A stretch of DNA of 64,000 bases. It comes from Clostridiaceae bacterium. GTDB taxonomy: Bacteria; Bacillota; Clostridia; Acetivibrionales; DUMC01. The notes below the pieces were generated by a model. The model saw nothing but the letters and a program-made list of their open reading frames with translations. It was not told the origin of the DNA and did not search any database. The stretch lies in the NCBI GenBank assembly GCA_012840075.1, contig DUMC01000133.1:2792-66791 (forward strand). The letters run 5' to 3'. Every line of letters begins with the position of its first letter. Position 1 is the stretch's first letter. Below, piece by piece: positions 18,972 through 28,710 of this stretch. Position numbers and translations under genes: made by a program.

Positions 18972-20051
18972 ATGGGCTTTTTAGTATTAGAAGACGGAAC
19001 TGTTTTTGAAGGACACATTTTTGGTGAAAATCAAAAAGTTATAGGAGAAGTAGTTTTTAACACAGGAATGACCGGTTACCAGGAAATCATGACTGATCCT
19101 TCATATTATGGTCAGATTGTTGTAATGACTTTCCCTTTAATAGGGAATTACGGAATAAACGAAAAAGATATAGAATCTGCCAGACCTGCAGTCAGAGCCT
19201 TAGTTGTACAAGAAGCATGCAGTACCCCCAGCCACTGGATGTCTCGGGAAACAATCGGAGAATATCTTACCAGGTACAATATAACAGCAATTGAAGGCAT
19301 TGATACAAGGGTATTAACAAGGAAAATCAGGGATAAAGGGACCATGAAAGGCATGATTACTCCCGAAAAACCTACCTCAGAAGATATGCTCCTGTTAAAG
19401 GAGTTTTTTTTATATCGCCCGGTCGATCACGTTACCACAAAACAGGCTTATACAATACCCGGCAACGGTTATCATATAGCTGTAGTGGATTTCGGCGTCA
19501 AACAAAACATACTGCGCTCCCTGAGCAAGAGGGGATGTAAGATGACCGTTTTTCCGTCGACCACAAAGGCTGAAGATATTTTAAAATATGAACCTGACGG
19601 CATACTTTTGACAAACGGCCCGGGAGATCCTAGGGACAACACTGAAGCCATTGAAACTATTAAGGTTCTAATAAACCATAAGCCTATTTTCGGTATCTGC
19701 CTTGGACACCAACTTCTGGCTCTTGCATCAGGAGCCGACACAGAGAAAATGAAATTCGGACATAGGGGCTGTAATCATCCCGTTAAGTCTTTGGAATCAG
19801 GCAGAACATATATAACTTCCCAAAATCACGGCTATACTGTTACGGAAAGCTCTGTTGATACAAGAAAGATGAAAGTTACCTTTAGAAACATCAATGATGG
19901 AACCATTGAAGGATTAAGTTATGTGGAACGTCCTGCTTTCAGCGTCCAATTTCATCCGGAAGCCAGCCCCGGACCAGGAGACACCGGTTTTCTCTTTGAT
20001 GAATTTTTGGTTATGATAAACGAATATAAACATTTACAGGCATTGTATTAA
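18972..20051 (+). CDS. carA: carbamoyl-phosphate synthase small (glutaminase) subunit
   Basis: 359 aa after a GGAAAGGAG SD. FNTGMTGYQEIMTDPSYYGQIVVMTFPLIGNYG; catalytic GICLGHQLLA; FSVQFHPEASPGP. Confidence 0.93.
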   Translation: MGFLVLEDGTVFEGHIFGENQKVIGEVVFNTGMTGYQEIMTDPSYYGQIVVMTFPLIGNYGINEKDIESARPAVRALVVQEACSTPSHWMSRETIGEYLTRYNITAIEGIDTRVLTRKIRDKGTMKGMITPEKPTSEDMLLLKEFFLYRPVDHVTTKQAYTIPGNGYHIAVVDFGVKQNILRSLSKRGCKMTVFPSTTKAEDILKYEPDGILLTNGPGDPRDNTEAIETIKVLINHKPIFGICLGHQLLALASGADTEKMKFGHRGCNHPVKSLESGRTYITSQNHGYTVTESSVDTRKMKVTFRNINDGTIEGLSYVERPAFSVQFHPEASPGPGDTGFLFDEFLVMINEYKHLQALY

Positions 20052-20135
20052 GTATTTTCCGGGCATCATATTAAATTGTTTTGCAAGTTTTAAAATTTAA
20101 TCCTGCATTTTTTAGAAAAATTTTTAAAAAAACTA

Positions 20136-20164
20136 TTGAATATAAGAAAATTATATGATATACT
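20136..20164 (+). promoter_or_regulatory. sigma-A type promoter of the glutamate synthase operon (predicted)
   Basis: TTGAAT (20136-20141), 17-nt spacer, TATACT (20159-20164) preceded by TGa (extended -10). Confidence 0.5.
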
Positions 20165-20230
20165 TTTTTTGACAGATTAATAATAAAATTATAATAGAGC
20201 TTATGCACAAAAATTAAATATAGCATATTT

Positions 20231-20313
20231 AGTATATGCAACGGCGTATATACTGGAAATAATAGGCGTACTCAAAGGAGAGTAACATACTTTCCCTTGT
20301 GTACGCCTTTTTT
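20231..20313 (+). promoter_or_regulatory. ANTAR-type dual hexaloop hairpins overlapping an intrinsic terminator (antitermination leader)
   Basis: P1 is agtatatgc-AACGGC-gtatatact (20231-20254). P2 is tactc-AAAGGA-gagta (20269-20284). Both hexaloops have A1 and G4. The terminator is ggcgtac...gtacgcc (20265-20307) plus TTTTTT; its 5' arm is consumed by P2. Confidence 0.6.
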
Positions 20314-20387
20314 GTTATATACAACTTTAATATTAAATTGCAAGTTCGAATGTATAAAAATTCATATTATCAAATTTTAAACATTGA

Positions 20388-20460
20388 AAGTTTAAAGTTT
20401 AAGTAAAGTAAACTAAAGAAGAGTAAAGTTAAGCAAAGTTAAGTTTAAGCGTAAGTAAAG
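20388..20460 (+). promoter_or_regulatory. phased (A/G)AG triplet array in the glutamate synthase leader
   Basis: 13 NAG triplets (12 AAG, 1 GAG) separated by 2-4 nt, apart from one 7-nt interval that contains the AAC pentamer. Nine pentamers are in perfect register at 20401-20445: aagta aagta aacta aagaa gagta aagtt aagca aagtt aagtt. The repeat is certain; its function is unknown. Confidence 0.5.
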
Positions 20461-20618
20461 GCTTAATTATAAGTAAGTATTTTTGGGTATATCGGAGAAC
20501 TTTAGGTACATCAGAAGTTTTGAACATAAGTTTTAAATATAAGCAGAAAACATGCGTACAAAACAGTTTAATTAGAATTTTAAACATTTTTATTCGGATT
20601 TAAGGGGGTTGCATTTAA

Positions 20619-21947
20619 ATGTTAACACGAAAAAGTGAAATGTTATTACATGAAGGTGAAATTAGAATTCCATCCGGGTGTGCAATATCCGGAATTATAA
20701 ATAAGAAAGGTAAATCTTTTTCCGGTGAAGATATTATAAAATCAATTTCCTTGATGCATGAACGCTCTAACGGTCTTGGCGGAGGCTTTGCCGCATATGG
20801 TATTTACCCTGAATATAAGGACTTATATGCCTTTCATATATTTTACGACGATTTCAATGCAAAAAATATTACAGAACAATTTTTAAATGAGTTTTTCCAT
20901 ATTAAAGCATGTGATAAACTTCCTACAAGAAAAGTACCAGGCATTGCCGATGCTCCGATTATCTGGAGATATTTTGCAAAACCAAAAGAAGGCAAAATTA
21001 TGGATCTCCAGCTTAACGAAGATGATTACGTCATGTGGTGTGTCATGAAAATTAATTCGGAAATAAAAGGTGCTTTTATAATATCAAGCGGGAAAAACAT
21101 GGGAGTGTTTAAAGCAGTTGGCTATCCCGAAGATGTGGCTGAATTTTATATGTTGGACAAATATAAAGGGTACTGCTGGACTGCCCATGGAAGGTTCCCT
21201 ACAAATACACCCGGCTGGTGGGGTGGTGCACACCCTTTCAACTTACTTGACTGGACAATTGTCCATAACGGAGAGATATCTTCATATGATACAAACAGGA
21301 AGTATATAGAAATGTTTGGATATAAATGTACCCTTCAGACCGATACTGAAGCGATAACATATATATTTGACCTTCTGGTAAGACGTCATGGACTTCCAGT
21401 TGATATTGTCGTCTCAGTTATTGCTTCTCCTTTCTGGTATCAGATAGAAAGAATGGATTACAGGTTAAGAGCATTGATGAAAGCCATCAGAATTGTATAT
21501 GGAAGTCTTTTGGTAAATGGTCCTTTCTCTATCATACTTGGGTTTAAAGACGGTTTTGTAGCTTTAAATGATAGGCTAAAGCTTCGCTCCTTAGTAGCGG
21601 CGAAAAAAGGTGATTTTGTATATGTGGCAAGTGAAGAATCCGCAATAAAAATTATATGTAGCCAACCTGACACAACATGGTATCCAAAAGGCGGAGAACC
21701 TGTTATTGCCGTTTTGGATAATTCCGACTTGATCGGACAAAAGGCTTGGCTGTTCAAAAATATTATTGATATGTCCATTAATAAAGATATATTCGATAAT
21801 GACGGTATATACGGAAATATAAAAGTGACCGGCAAAATAGCTGTGAACGGTGGTATATCTAAAGATTTTAATAAAGAATTTAATAAAGATTTAGATAATG
21901 ATATGCCGGAAGATATAGAACTGCTGGCGGAGGTCGAATCGCTATGA
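20619..21947 (+). CDS. split (archaeal-type) glutamate synthase, class II glutamine amidotransferase domain protein
   Basis: 442 aa after an AAGGGGG SD. Ntn-type catalytic Cys in IPSGCAISGI. HGRFPTNTPGWWGGAHPF...IVHNGEISSYDTNR. Overlaps the next gene by 4 nt (ATGA). Confidence 0.8.
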   Translation: MLTRKSEMLLHEGEIRIPSGCAISGIINKKGKSFSGEDIIKSISLMHERSNGLGGGFAAYGIYPEYKDLYAFHIFYDDFNAKNITEQFLNEFFHIKACDKLPTRKVPGIADAPIIWRYFAKPKEGKIMDLQLNEDDYVMWCVMKINSEIKGAFIISSGKNMGVFKAVGYPEDVAEFYMLDKYKGYCWTAHGRFPTNTPGWWGGAHPFNLLDWTIVHNGEISSYDTNRKYIEMFGYKCTLQTDTEAITYIFDLLVRRHGLPVDIVVSVIASPFWYQIERMDYRLRALMKAIRIVYGSLLVNGPFSIILGFKDGFVALNDRLKLRSLVAAKKGDFVYVASEESAIKIICSQPDTTWYPKGGEPVIAVLDNSDLIGQKAWLFKNIIDMSINKDIFDNDGIYGNIKVTGKIAVNGGISKDFNKEFNKDLDNDMPEDIELLAEVESL

Positions 21948-23446
21948 GTGCCGCCTATCTCACACCGGAATATATAATTGAAAGGAATAAAGAGCGCTGT
22001 ACAAATTGCCAGATATGCGTAAAGCAATGTTCCTTCGGAGCTCATTCTTTCCTCAAGGAAGAAAAAATTGTTGTGTCCGATGATGCAAAGTGCGTAAATT
22101 GTCACAGATGCATAGTTTATTGCCCTAAAAGGGCGTTGGTTATTAAAAAGAATCCCTTGGAATTTAGAGAAAATGCAAATTGGACTGATAAAGCCATCAA
22201 AGAAATATATAAGCAAGCAGAAACAGGAGGAATACTGCTTTGCGGTATGGGGAACGATAGACCGTATCCTATTTACTGGGACCACATTTTGATAAACGCA
22301 AGCCAGGTTACAAATCCATCAATAGATCCATTGCGTGAACCTATGGAGTTGAAAACATTCCTGGGCAGAAAACCTGATAAGTTAAAAATACAAAACGGAA
22401 AACTTATGGAAGATCTTCCTCCCCAACTGGAACTAGAAATGCCTGTTATGTTCTCCGCCATGTCTTTTGGTTCCATAAGCTACAATGCATGTGAAGCACT
22501 GGCTATGGCAGCTACTCAATTAGGGATTATGTATAACACAGGAGAAGGCGGATTTCATAAAAATTTAAGAAAATATGGTAAAAACACGATTGTTCAGGTA
22601 GCTTCAGGACGGTTCGGGGTAGATATCGATTACCTATTAGCCGGTGCAGCTATTGAAATTAAAATCGGCCAGGGAGCAAAGCCAGGCATAGGAGGTCATT
22701 TACCGGGTGAAAAAGTGGGACCCGAAGTTTCAGCAACCAGAATGATACCTTTAGGCACTGATGCCCTCTCCCCTGCTCCACATCACGACATTTATTCAAT
22801 AGAAGATTTAAGACAACTTATATACTCTTTAAAGGAAGCAACAGACTATCAAAAACCTGTATTGGTAAAAATAGCAGCTGTGCATAATATAGCGGCAATT
22901 TGTTCGGGAATAGCAAGAGCCGGTGCTGATATCATAGTAATTGACGGTTTCAGGGGAGGTACAGGTGCTGCACCTTTAAGAATACGTGATAATGTAGGTA
23001 TTCCTGTGGAATTTGCTCTTGCCGCCGTAGACTCAAGGTTAAGAAGCGAAGGCATCAGGAATCAGATTTCACTTGTGTGCGGAGGTAGCATTCGTAATAG
23101 TGCGGATATCATTAAAGCTATTGCACTTGGAGCGGATGCTGTATATATCGGCTCTTCAGCCCTAATAGCAATGGGGTGCCACATGTGTCAGATGTGTTAT
23201 ACGGGAAAATGCAACTGGGGAATTGCCACACAAAACCCGGATCTGGCCAAGAGACTAAATCCAAAGGTTGCATCAACCAAACTTGTGAATCTCTTGACTG
23301 CATGGGCAAATGAAATGAAAGAGATGCTGGGCGGAATGGGAATTAATGCCATTGAAAGCTTAAGGGGTAACAGGCTTATGTTAAGAGGCATCGGTTTAAA
23401 TGACAGAGAGTTAAATATACTCGGAATAAAAGCTGCAGGTGAATAA
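21944..23446 (+). CDS. split glutamate synthase, FMN/2-oxoglutarate domain with N-terminal 2x[4Fe-4S] ferredoxin
   Basis: CTNCQICVKQC and CVNCHRCIVYCP clusters. IKIGQGAKPGIGGHLPGEKV and GFRGGTGAAP are typical of the GltB central domain. Confidence 0.88.
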   Translation: MSAAYLTPEYIIERNKERCTNCQICVKQCSFGAHSFLKEEKIVVSDDAKCVNCHRCIVYCPKRALVIKKNPLEFRENANWTDKAIKEIYKQAETGGILLCGMGNDRPYPIYWDHILINASQVTNPSIDPLREPMELKTFLGRKPDKLKIQNGKLMEDLPPQLELEMPVMFSAMSFGSISYNACEALAMAATQLGIMYNTGEGGFHKNLRKYGKNTIVQVASGRFGVDIDYLLAGAAIEIKIGQGAKPGIGGHLPGEKVGPEVSATRMIPLGTDALSPAPHHDIYSIEDLRQLIYSLKEATDYQKPVLVKIAAVHNIAAICSGIARAGADIIVIDGFRGGTGAAPLRIRDNVGIPVEFALAAVDSRLRSEGIRNQISLVCGGSIRNSADIIKAIALGADAVYIGSSALIAMGCHMCQMCYTGKCNWGIATQNPDLAKRLNPKVASTKLVNLLTAWANEMKEMLGGMGINAIESLRGNRLMLRGIGLNDRELNILGIKAAGE

Positions 23447-23504
23447 GTTAACTAATAGTCGCAGATGAAAATAATTAAAATAGCCAAAAAGGAGTGCTTA
23501 TTAA

Positions 23505-24242
23505 GTGAGAATACTGGATGCTTTAAATGTCCATTATAGAGATTTAAATAAAATCGTAAAAGAATTAATAAATTCAGGTGAATCAGAGATTATCCTTAAA
23601 AATGTCCACGGCCAAAGATATATAGGAGCAGGAGCCAAAGGTAATCACAAATTAATAATAGAAGGTATTCCGGGAAACGATATGGCAGCTTACATGGACG
23701 GCCTTACAATAAGCATAAAAGGAAATGCCCAAGATGCCGTGGGAAATACCATGAACAGCGGGAGAATAATAGTATATGGTAATGCAGGTGACATTGTAGG
23801 TTATGCAATGAGAGGCGGAGAGATTTTCATACTTGGAGATGTGGGCTATAGAGTAGGAATTCACATGAAAGAATATGAAGATAAAAAACCTGTAATAGTA
23901 ATTGGCGGAAAAGCAGGCGATTTTTTGGGCGAATATATGGCAGGGGGTATTATAATAATCCTCGGGCTTAATACTTCTGATGCTGAAGACAGCATAGGAA
24001 ACTTCTGCGGAATCGGAATGCACGGAGGCACAATATATGTCCGTAAACATGTTAATATAAACAAGCTTGGAAAAGAAGTTATTGCTGTTGAAGCATCCAT
24101 GGAAGATATTTGTATAATTGCAGGTTATGTCAAAAAGTTTTCCCATTTTTTTAATATAGATTTTCATTCAGTCATGAAAGAGAAATTTATAAAGTTATAT
24201 GCTCATGATTCAAGGCCATATGGCAAGTTGTATGCTTATTAA
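23505..24242 (+). CDS. split glutamate synthase, GXGXG-motif (alpha-subunit C-terminal) domain protein
   Basis: GTG start after an AAAGGAG SD. Beta-helix repeats: GIPGNDMAAYMDG, GNAGDIVGYAMRGGEIFILGDVGYRVG, GKAGDFLGEYMAGGIIIILG. Confidence 0.85.
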   Translation: MRILDALNVHYRDLNKIVKELINSGESEIILKNVHGQRYIGAGAKGNHKLIIEGIPGNDMAAYMDGLTISIKGNAQDAVGNTMNSGRIIVYGNAGDIVGYAMRGGEIFILGDVGYRVGIHMKEYEDKKPVIVIGGKAGDFLGEYMAGGIIIILGLNTSDAEDSIGNFCGIGMHGGTIYVRKHVNINKLGKEVIAVEASMEDICIIAGYVKKFSHFFNIDFHSVMKEKFIKLYAHDSRPYGKLYAY

Positions 24243-24317
24243 CGTTTAATAAACACTAATGAATATGTTCAAATGATCAGCAATAAAAATTCTTAATTAT
24301 TACTTCTGATATGTAGA

Positions 24318-27300
24318 TTGGAGGGTAGTTTTATTAAAATAGAAACTTGCATAAAAAAAGTTCTGGTCATTGGTTCAGGTCCTATAGTAATAGGCCAGGC
24401 TGCCGAATTTGATTATGCCGGAACTCAGGCTTGCAAAGCATTAAAAGAAGAAGGTATCGAAGTAGTACTTGTTAACAGCAATCCGGCAACAATCATGACA
24501 GATACTCTTCTTGCAAATAGAGTATATATAGAGCCTTTAACGCTAGATACAATTAAAGAAATTATTATAAAAGAAAAACCTGACAGCCTACTTCCTACCC
24601 TCGGCGGGCAAACCGGGTTGAACCTTGCAGTGGAACTGGCTGAAAGCGGATTTTTATACGAGCAAAATGTAAAACTGTTGGGTACCACAGTAGAGTCAAT
24701 AAAAAAAGCTGAGGACAGGGATCTATTTAAGAAGATGATGCAGGATATCGGCGAACCTGTCATTGAAAGTGCAATTTCTCATAATGTGGAAAGCGCTTTG
24801 AAATTTGCTTCCCAGGTTGGATATCCTGTAATAGTCCGCCCTGCTTACACTCTGGGAGGAACCGGAGGTGGAATAGCCGATAATCCTGAAGAATTAAAAG
24901 TAATTGTATCAAATGGTTTGCAAGCAAGCAGAGTTCATCAGGTTTTAGTTGAAAAATCCCTGGAAGGATACAAGGAAATTGAATACGAAGTCGTACGGGA
25001 TCGCAAAGGTAATTGTATAATAGTATGCAACATGGAGAACATCGACCCGGTAGGGATTCATACGGGCGACAGTATTGTAGTTGCTCCCTCACTTACTCTA
25101 CGGGACCGGGAATACCAGATGTTAAGAAGTGCTTCTATAAAGATAATCAATGAACTTAAGATTGAGGGTGGTTGCAATATCCAATTTGCCCTCGATCCAA
25201 ATAGCATGAAATATTATGTGATTGAAGTAAATCCTAGAGTAAGCCGTTCAAGCGCTTTAGCATCAAAGGCCACCGGATATCCCATAGCAAGAGTTGCAAG
25301 CAAAATAGCCCTTGGATATTGCCTGGATGAAATATCCAATAACGTAACCGGTAAAACATCTGCTTGCTTTGAACCGGCACTTGACTATGTAGTAATTAAA
25401 ATACCAAGATGGCCATTTGACAAATTCGTAAAAGCTGACATAACTTTAGGGACAAAAATGAAGGCAACCGGCGAAGTCATGGCTATCGGATCAAACTTCG
25501 AAAGTGCCTTATTAAAAGCAGTACGCTCTCTTGAATTAGGTATCGACAGTCTCGAATTAAAGAGTTTAAAAAGTCTGACTACCTACGAAATCATAGAAAA
25601 ACTCGGTAATAAAACTCATGAACGCCTCTTTATAATAGCTGAAGCTTTAAGAAGGGGTATATCTATAGAAGAAATAAATAGGAAGACATTAATTGACCCT
25701 TACTTTCTGAATAAAATTTTGAACATTGTAAAACACGAAGAGCTTTTAAAAACTTTGACATTTGATCAGCTGGATAAAGATATCTTGTATAAATGCAAAA
25801 AACTAGGGTTTACCGATAATGCAATTGCCGGCTTTCTCTGCAGTGGTACCGAAGATTTGAAAGAAAAAGATATTTGCGAAAAAAGAAAATCATTGGGCAT
25901 AATACCGGTTTATAAAATCGTAGATACGTGTGCTGCAGAATTTGAAGCTGTAAGCCCCTATTACTATTCGGCTTATGGCTTGGAAAACGAAGTTCAGCCG
26001 GGCAACGGCAGGAAAAAAATCGTTGTAATCGGATCCGGTCCCATAAGAATCGGTCAAGGTATAGAATTTGACTATTGCTCTGTTCACAGTATATTCACTC
26101 TAAAAAAGTTGGGTTATGAAGCGGTAATAATTAATAACAATCCGGAAACAGTAAGCACTGATTTCGATATTTCCGATAGACTGTATTTTGAACCTCTTAC
26201 TCCTGAGGACGTAATAAATGTGTTGGATTTGGAAAAACCTGACGGAGTAATTGTTCAATTCGGCGGTCAGAGTGCAATAAAGCTTGCAAAACCAATTCAT
26301 GAAGCAGGATTTAAAATAATAGGTACACAATCCGAGTTTATTGATAAAGCCGAAGATAGAAAAGAATTTGATGCAATAGTTGAATCTCTTGGGCTTTCCA
26401 GACCTGCCGGGCATTCGGTATTTACGGTTGATGAAGCAGTTGAGGTTGCTGGAAAATTAGGCTATCCCGTACTTGTAAGACCTTCCTACGTACTTGGCGG
26501 ACAGGGCATGGAAATTGCTTATAATTCAGATGATATATTTGAATTTTTGGAAATAATAAACAGGGTAAAGCAGGAACATCCAATCCTTGTTGACAAATAT
26601 CTTACGGGCAGAGAAATAGAAATAGATGCAATAAGCGATGGTGAAGATATCCTTATACCGGGTATTATGGAACATATAGAGAGAGCAGGTATTCATTCCG
26701 GTGACAGTATATCGGTCTATCCGTCTTGCACTATTTCCGATAACCTGATTAAACAGATTGAACATTATACAAAAAAGCTTGTTTCTGCATTAAAGGTAAG
26801 CGGAATGATTAATATTCAATTTGTAGAATATCAAGGAGAATTATATGTAATTGAAGTAAATCCACGTTCCAGCCGCACTGTGCCATATATAAGTAAAGTA
26901 ACGGGTGTGCCTATGATAGAATTAGCTACGAAGGTTATGTTGGGCGAAAAAGTCAGAGATCTTGGATACGGAACAGGTTTATATCCGGTAAAAAACATTT
27001 TTGCCGTAAAAGTTCCTGTATTCTCTTTTGAAAAATTACCCATGGTTGAAACATGTCTCGGACCCGAGATGAAATCCACAGGTGAAGTTTTAGGCATTGG
27101 AAAAACCTTGCCGGAAGCTCTCTATAAAGGTTTAATAGCTGCAGGATTTAAGTTGAATAAATTGAGTAACGTTTTAATTACAGTAGCAGATAAAGATAAG
27201 CAGGAAGCTATTCCGATAGCCAAAGAATTAAAAGATATGGGATTTAAGATATTTGCAACGGAAGGTACGGCAAGGGTGCTTAACCAAAACGGTATTAGCT

Positions 27301-27557
27301 GCGAATGCATCAACAAATTAAGCCAGCCCGGTTATAACATCAAAGATGCAATATTTCAAGGGAAAATCAATATTATTATAAATACGCCTACCAAAGGCAG
27401 AGTCCCGCAAAGGGATGGATTTAAAATCCGCAGGATGGCTGCGGAACATTCAGTACCATGTTTTACGTCCCTTGACACTGCAAAAGCTTTTTGCAAATGT
27501 TACCGACTTTATCTGGAAGGAAAACTGCCTGCGGTAACTGCAATAAATGATATTTAA
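24318..27557 (+). CDS. carB: carbamoyl-phosphate synthase large subunit
   Basis: 1079 aa. [24 protein letters not shown], duplicated ATP-grasp halves, MGS-like C-terminal domain. The start codon is uncertain (see finding). Confidence 0.93.
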   Translation: MEGSFIKIETCIKKVLVIGSGPIVIGQAAEFDYAGTQACKALKEEGIEVVLVNSNPATIMTDTLLANRVYIEPLTLDTIKEIIIKEKPDSLLPTLGGQTGLNLAVELAESGFLYEQNVKLLGTTVESIKKAEDRDLFKKMMQDIGEPVIESAISHNVESALKFASQVGYPVIVRPAYTLGGTGGGIADNPEELKVIVSNGLQASRVHQVLVEKSLEGYKEIEYEVVRDRKGNCIIVCNMENIDPVGIHTGDSIVVAPSLTLRDREYQMLRSASIKIINELKIEGGCNIQFALDPNSMKYYVIEVNPRVSRSSALASKATGYPIARVASKIALGYCLDEISNNVTGKTSACFEPALDYVVIKIPRWPFDKFVKADITLGTKMKATGEVMAIGSNFESALLKAVRSLELGIDSLELKSLKSLTTYEIIEKLGNKTHERLFIIAEALRRGISIEEINRKTLIDPYFLNKILNIVKHEELLKTLTFDQLDKDILYKCKKLGFTDNAIAGFLCSGTEDLKEKDICEKRKSLGIIPVYKIVDTCAAEFEAVSPYYYSAYGLENEVQPGNGRKKIVVIGSGPIRIGQGIEFDYCSVHSIFTLKKLGYEAVIINNNPETVSTDFDISDRLYFEPLTPEDVINVLDLEKPDGVIVQFGGQSAIKLAKPIHEAGFKIIGTQSEFIDKAEDRKEFDAIVESLGLSRPAGHSVFTVDEAVEVAGKLGYPVLVRPSYVLGGQGMEIAYNSDDIFEFLEIINRVKQEHPILVDKYLTGREIEIDAISDGEDILIPGIMEHIERAGIHSGDSISVYPSCTISDNLIKQIEHYTKKLVSALKVSGMINIQFVEYQGELYVIEVNPRSSRTVPYISKVTGVPMIELATKVMLGEKVRDLGYGTGLYPVKNIFAVKVPVFSFEKLPMVETCLGPEMKSTGEVLGIGKTLPEALYKGLIAAGFKLNKLSNVLITVADKDKQEAIPIAKELKDMGFKIFATEGTARVLNQNGISCECINKLSQPGYNIKDAIFQGKINIIINTPTKGRVPQRDGFKIRRMAAEHSVPCFTSLDTAKAFCKCYRLYLEGKLPAVTAINDI

Positions 27558-27584
27558 CTATTTAATGGAGGTTGAATTCTAGCC

Positions 27585-28394
27585 ATGAATAAAGATATTT
27601 CTTATAAAGAACTAGCCAATAAACTTGAAAATTGGATTTATAATAAGGTAAGAAAGGCAGGTGTAAAAGGATGTGTTGTAGGTATCAGCGGTGGTGTTGA
27701 CTCAGCGGTTGTAGCAGCTCTTTGTAAGAGAGCTTTTCCTGAATCAACCCTTGGAATTCATATGCCATGTTACAGTTCGATCCAGGATCAACAAGATGCT
27801 CAATTAATAGCAAACACTTTAAATATTAAATTTAAAATTGTACCTCTTGATAAAGTTTTTGATCAAATGAAAGAGCTTCTTCAGAATGAAAGCTATATTA
27901 ATACTTCTTTAAACAGTAATAACACTAGCGGTAATAATGCTTCTCTTGGTTCTGACGGTGATCTTACTTTAAAACTTGCACTGAACAATATAAAACCGAG
28001 ATTAAGAATGATTACACTTTACTACTACGCTCAAATTAATCGATATCTTGTTGTTGGAACAGGAAACAAAAGTGAACTTGAAATTGGATACTTTACAAAA
28101 TATGGCGACGGAGGCTGTGATATTCTCCCTATAGGTAACCTTTTAAAATCGCATGTATGGGAACTTGCAAAAGAACTGGGAATTCCTGAAGTTATTATAA
28201 ACAAGGCACCGAGTGCAGGATTATGGCCCGGTCAGACAGATGAAGGAGAAATGGGTTTTACTTACAAAGACTTGGATAATGTGCTTTCGGGTGGCAAAGT
28301 CAGTACGGAAATCACCTATGCAATAAACCGATTGAGAAATATAAATTCTCATAAGACGAAAACTCCGGCAATACCGAAAATTAAATTGAAGTAA
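27585..28394 (+). CDS. nadE: NH3-dependent NAD+ synthetase
   Basis: 269 aa after a GGAGG SD. PP-loop GISGGVDSAVVAALC. Contains a ~25-aa Asn/Ser-rich insertion (NTSLNSNNTSGNNASLGSDG). Confidence 0.85.
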   Translation: MNKDISYKELANKLENWIYNKVRKAGVKGCVVGISGGVDSAVVAALCKRAFPESTLGIHMPCYSSIQDQQDAQLIANTLNIKFKIVPLDKVFDQMKELLQNESYINTSLNSNNTSGNNASLGSDGDLTLKLALNNIKPRLRMITLYYYAQINRYLVVGTGNKSELEIGYFTKYGDGGCDILPIGNLLKSHVWELAKELGIPEVIINKAPSAGLWPGQTDEGEMGFTYKDLDNVLSGGKVSTEITYAINRLRNINSHKTKTPAIPKIKLK

Positions 28395-28478
28395 AGTAAA
28401 TATCTATATAAAAAGTAAAGGTAATAAATATTTTTGGGACAGCAAAATATAATATTTTTATAAATTTTTATCAAGTTA

Positions 28479-28507
28479 TTGATATTTTGGAATAAATATG
28501 ATATTAT
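28479..28507 (+). promoter_or_regulatory. sigma-A type promoter of glnN (predicted)
   Basis: TTGATA (28479-28484), 17-nt spacer, TATTAT (28502-28507). Confidence 0.5.
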
Positions 28508-28555
28508 AAAAACTAAATTATAACTCGAAACAATTTAAAATTGAATAAACATTCA

Positions 28556-28653
28556 AGAAACAATGGCGTTTCTGTATAATTGCAAGTGCAAGTAATATTG
28601 ATAAATGAAAACAAAGGCGTTTTCAAAACTTGTGTTTTGAAAACGTCTTTTTT
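28556..28653 (+). promoter_or_regulatory. ANTAR-type dual hexaloop hairpins overlapping an intrinsic terminator (antitermination leader)
   Basis: P1 is agaaac-AATGGC-gtttct (28556-28573). P2 is gaaaac-AAAGGC-gttttc (28607-28624). The terminator is gttttcaaaac-ttgt-gttttgaaaac (28619-28644) plus gtcTTTTTT; P2 and the terminator share 28619-28624. Confidence 0.65.
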
Positions 28654-28710
28654 GTTTGTATAGTTTTGGATATTTAAATTATTTTCATTCTTATGAAAGG
28701 GGATATGAAT

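Noticed and set aside
21458-22285. 275-aa minus-strand ORF spanning the junction of two glutamate synthase genes
   Set aside because: It is antisense to two strongly recognisable, overlapping + strand genes. The product is low-complexity (Ser/Ile/Phe-rich), with no SD and no recognisable motif. It is a typical shadow ORF.
23652-24167. 171-aa and 79-aa minus-strand ORFs inside the GXGXG-domain gene
   Set aside because: They are antisense shadows of a repetitive beta-helix coding region, with implausible Tyr/Cys/Phe-rich composition.
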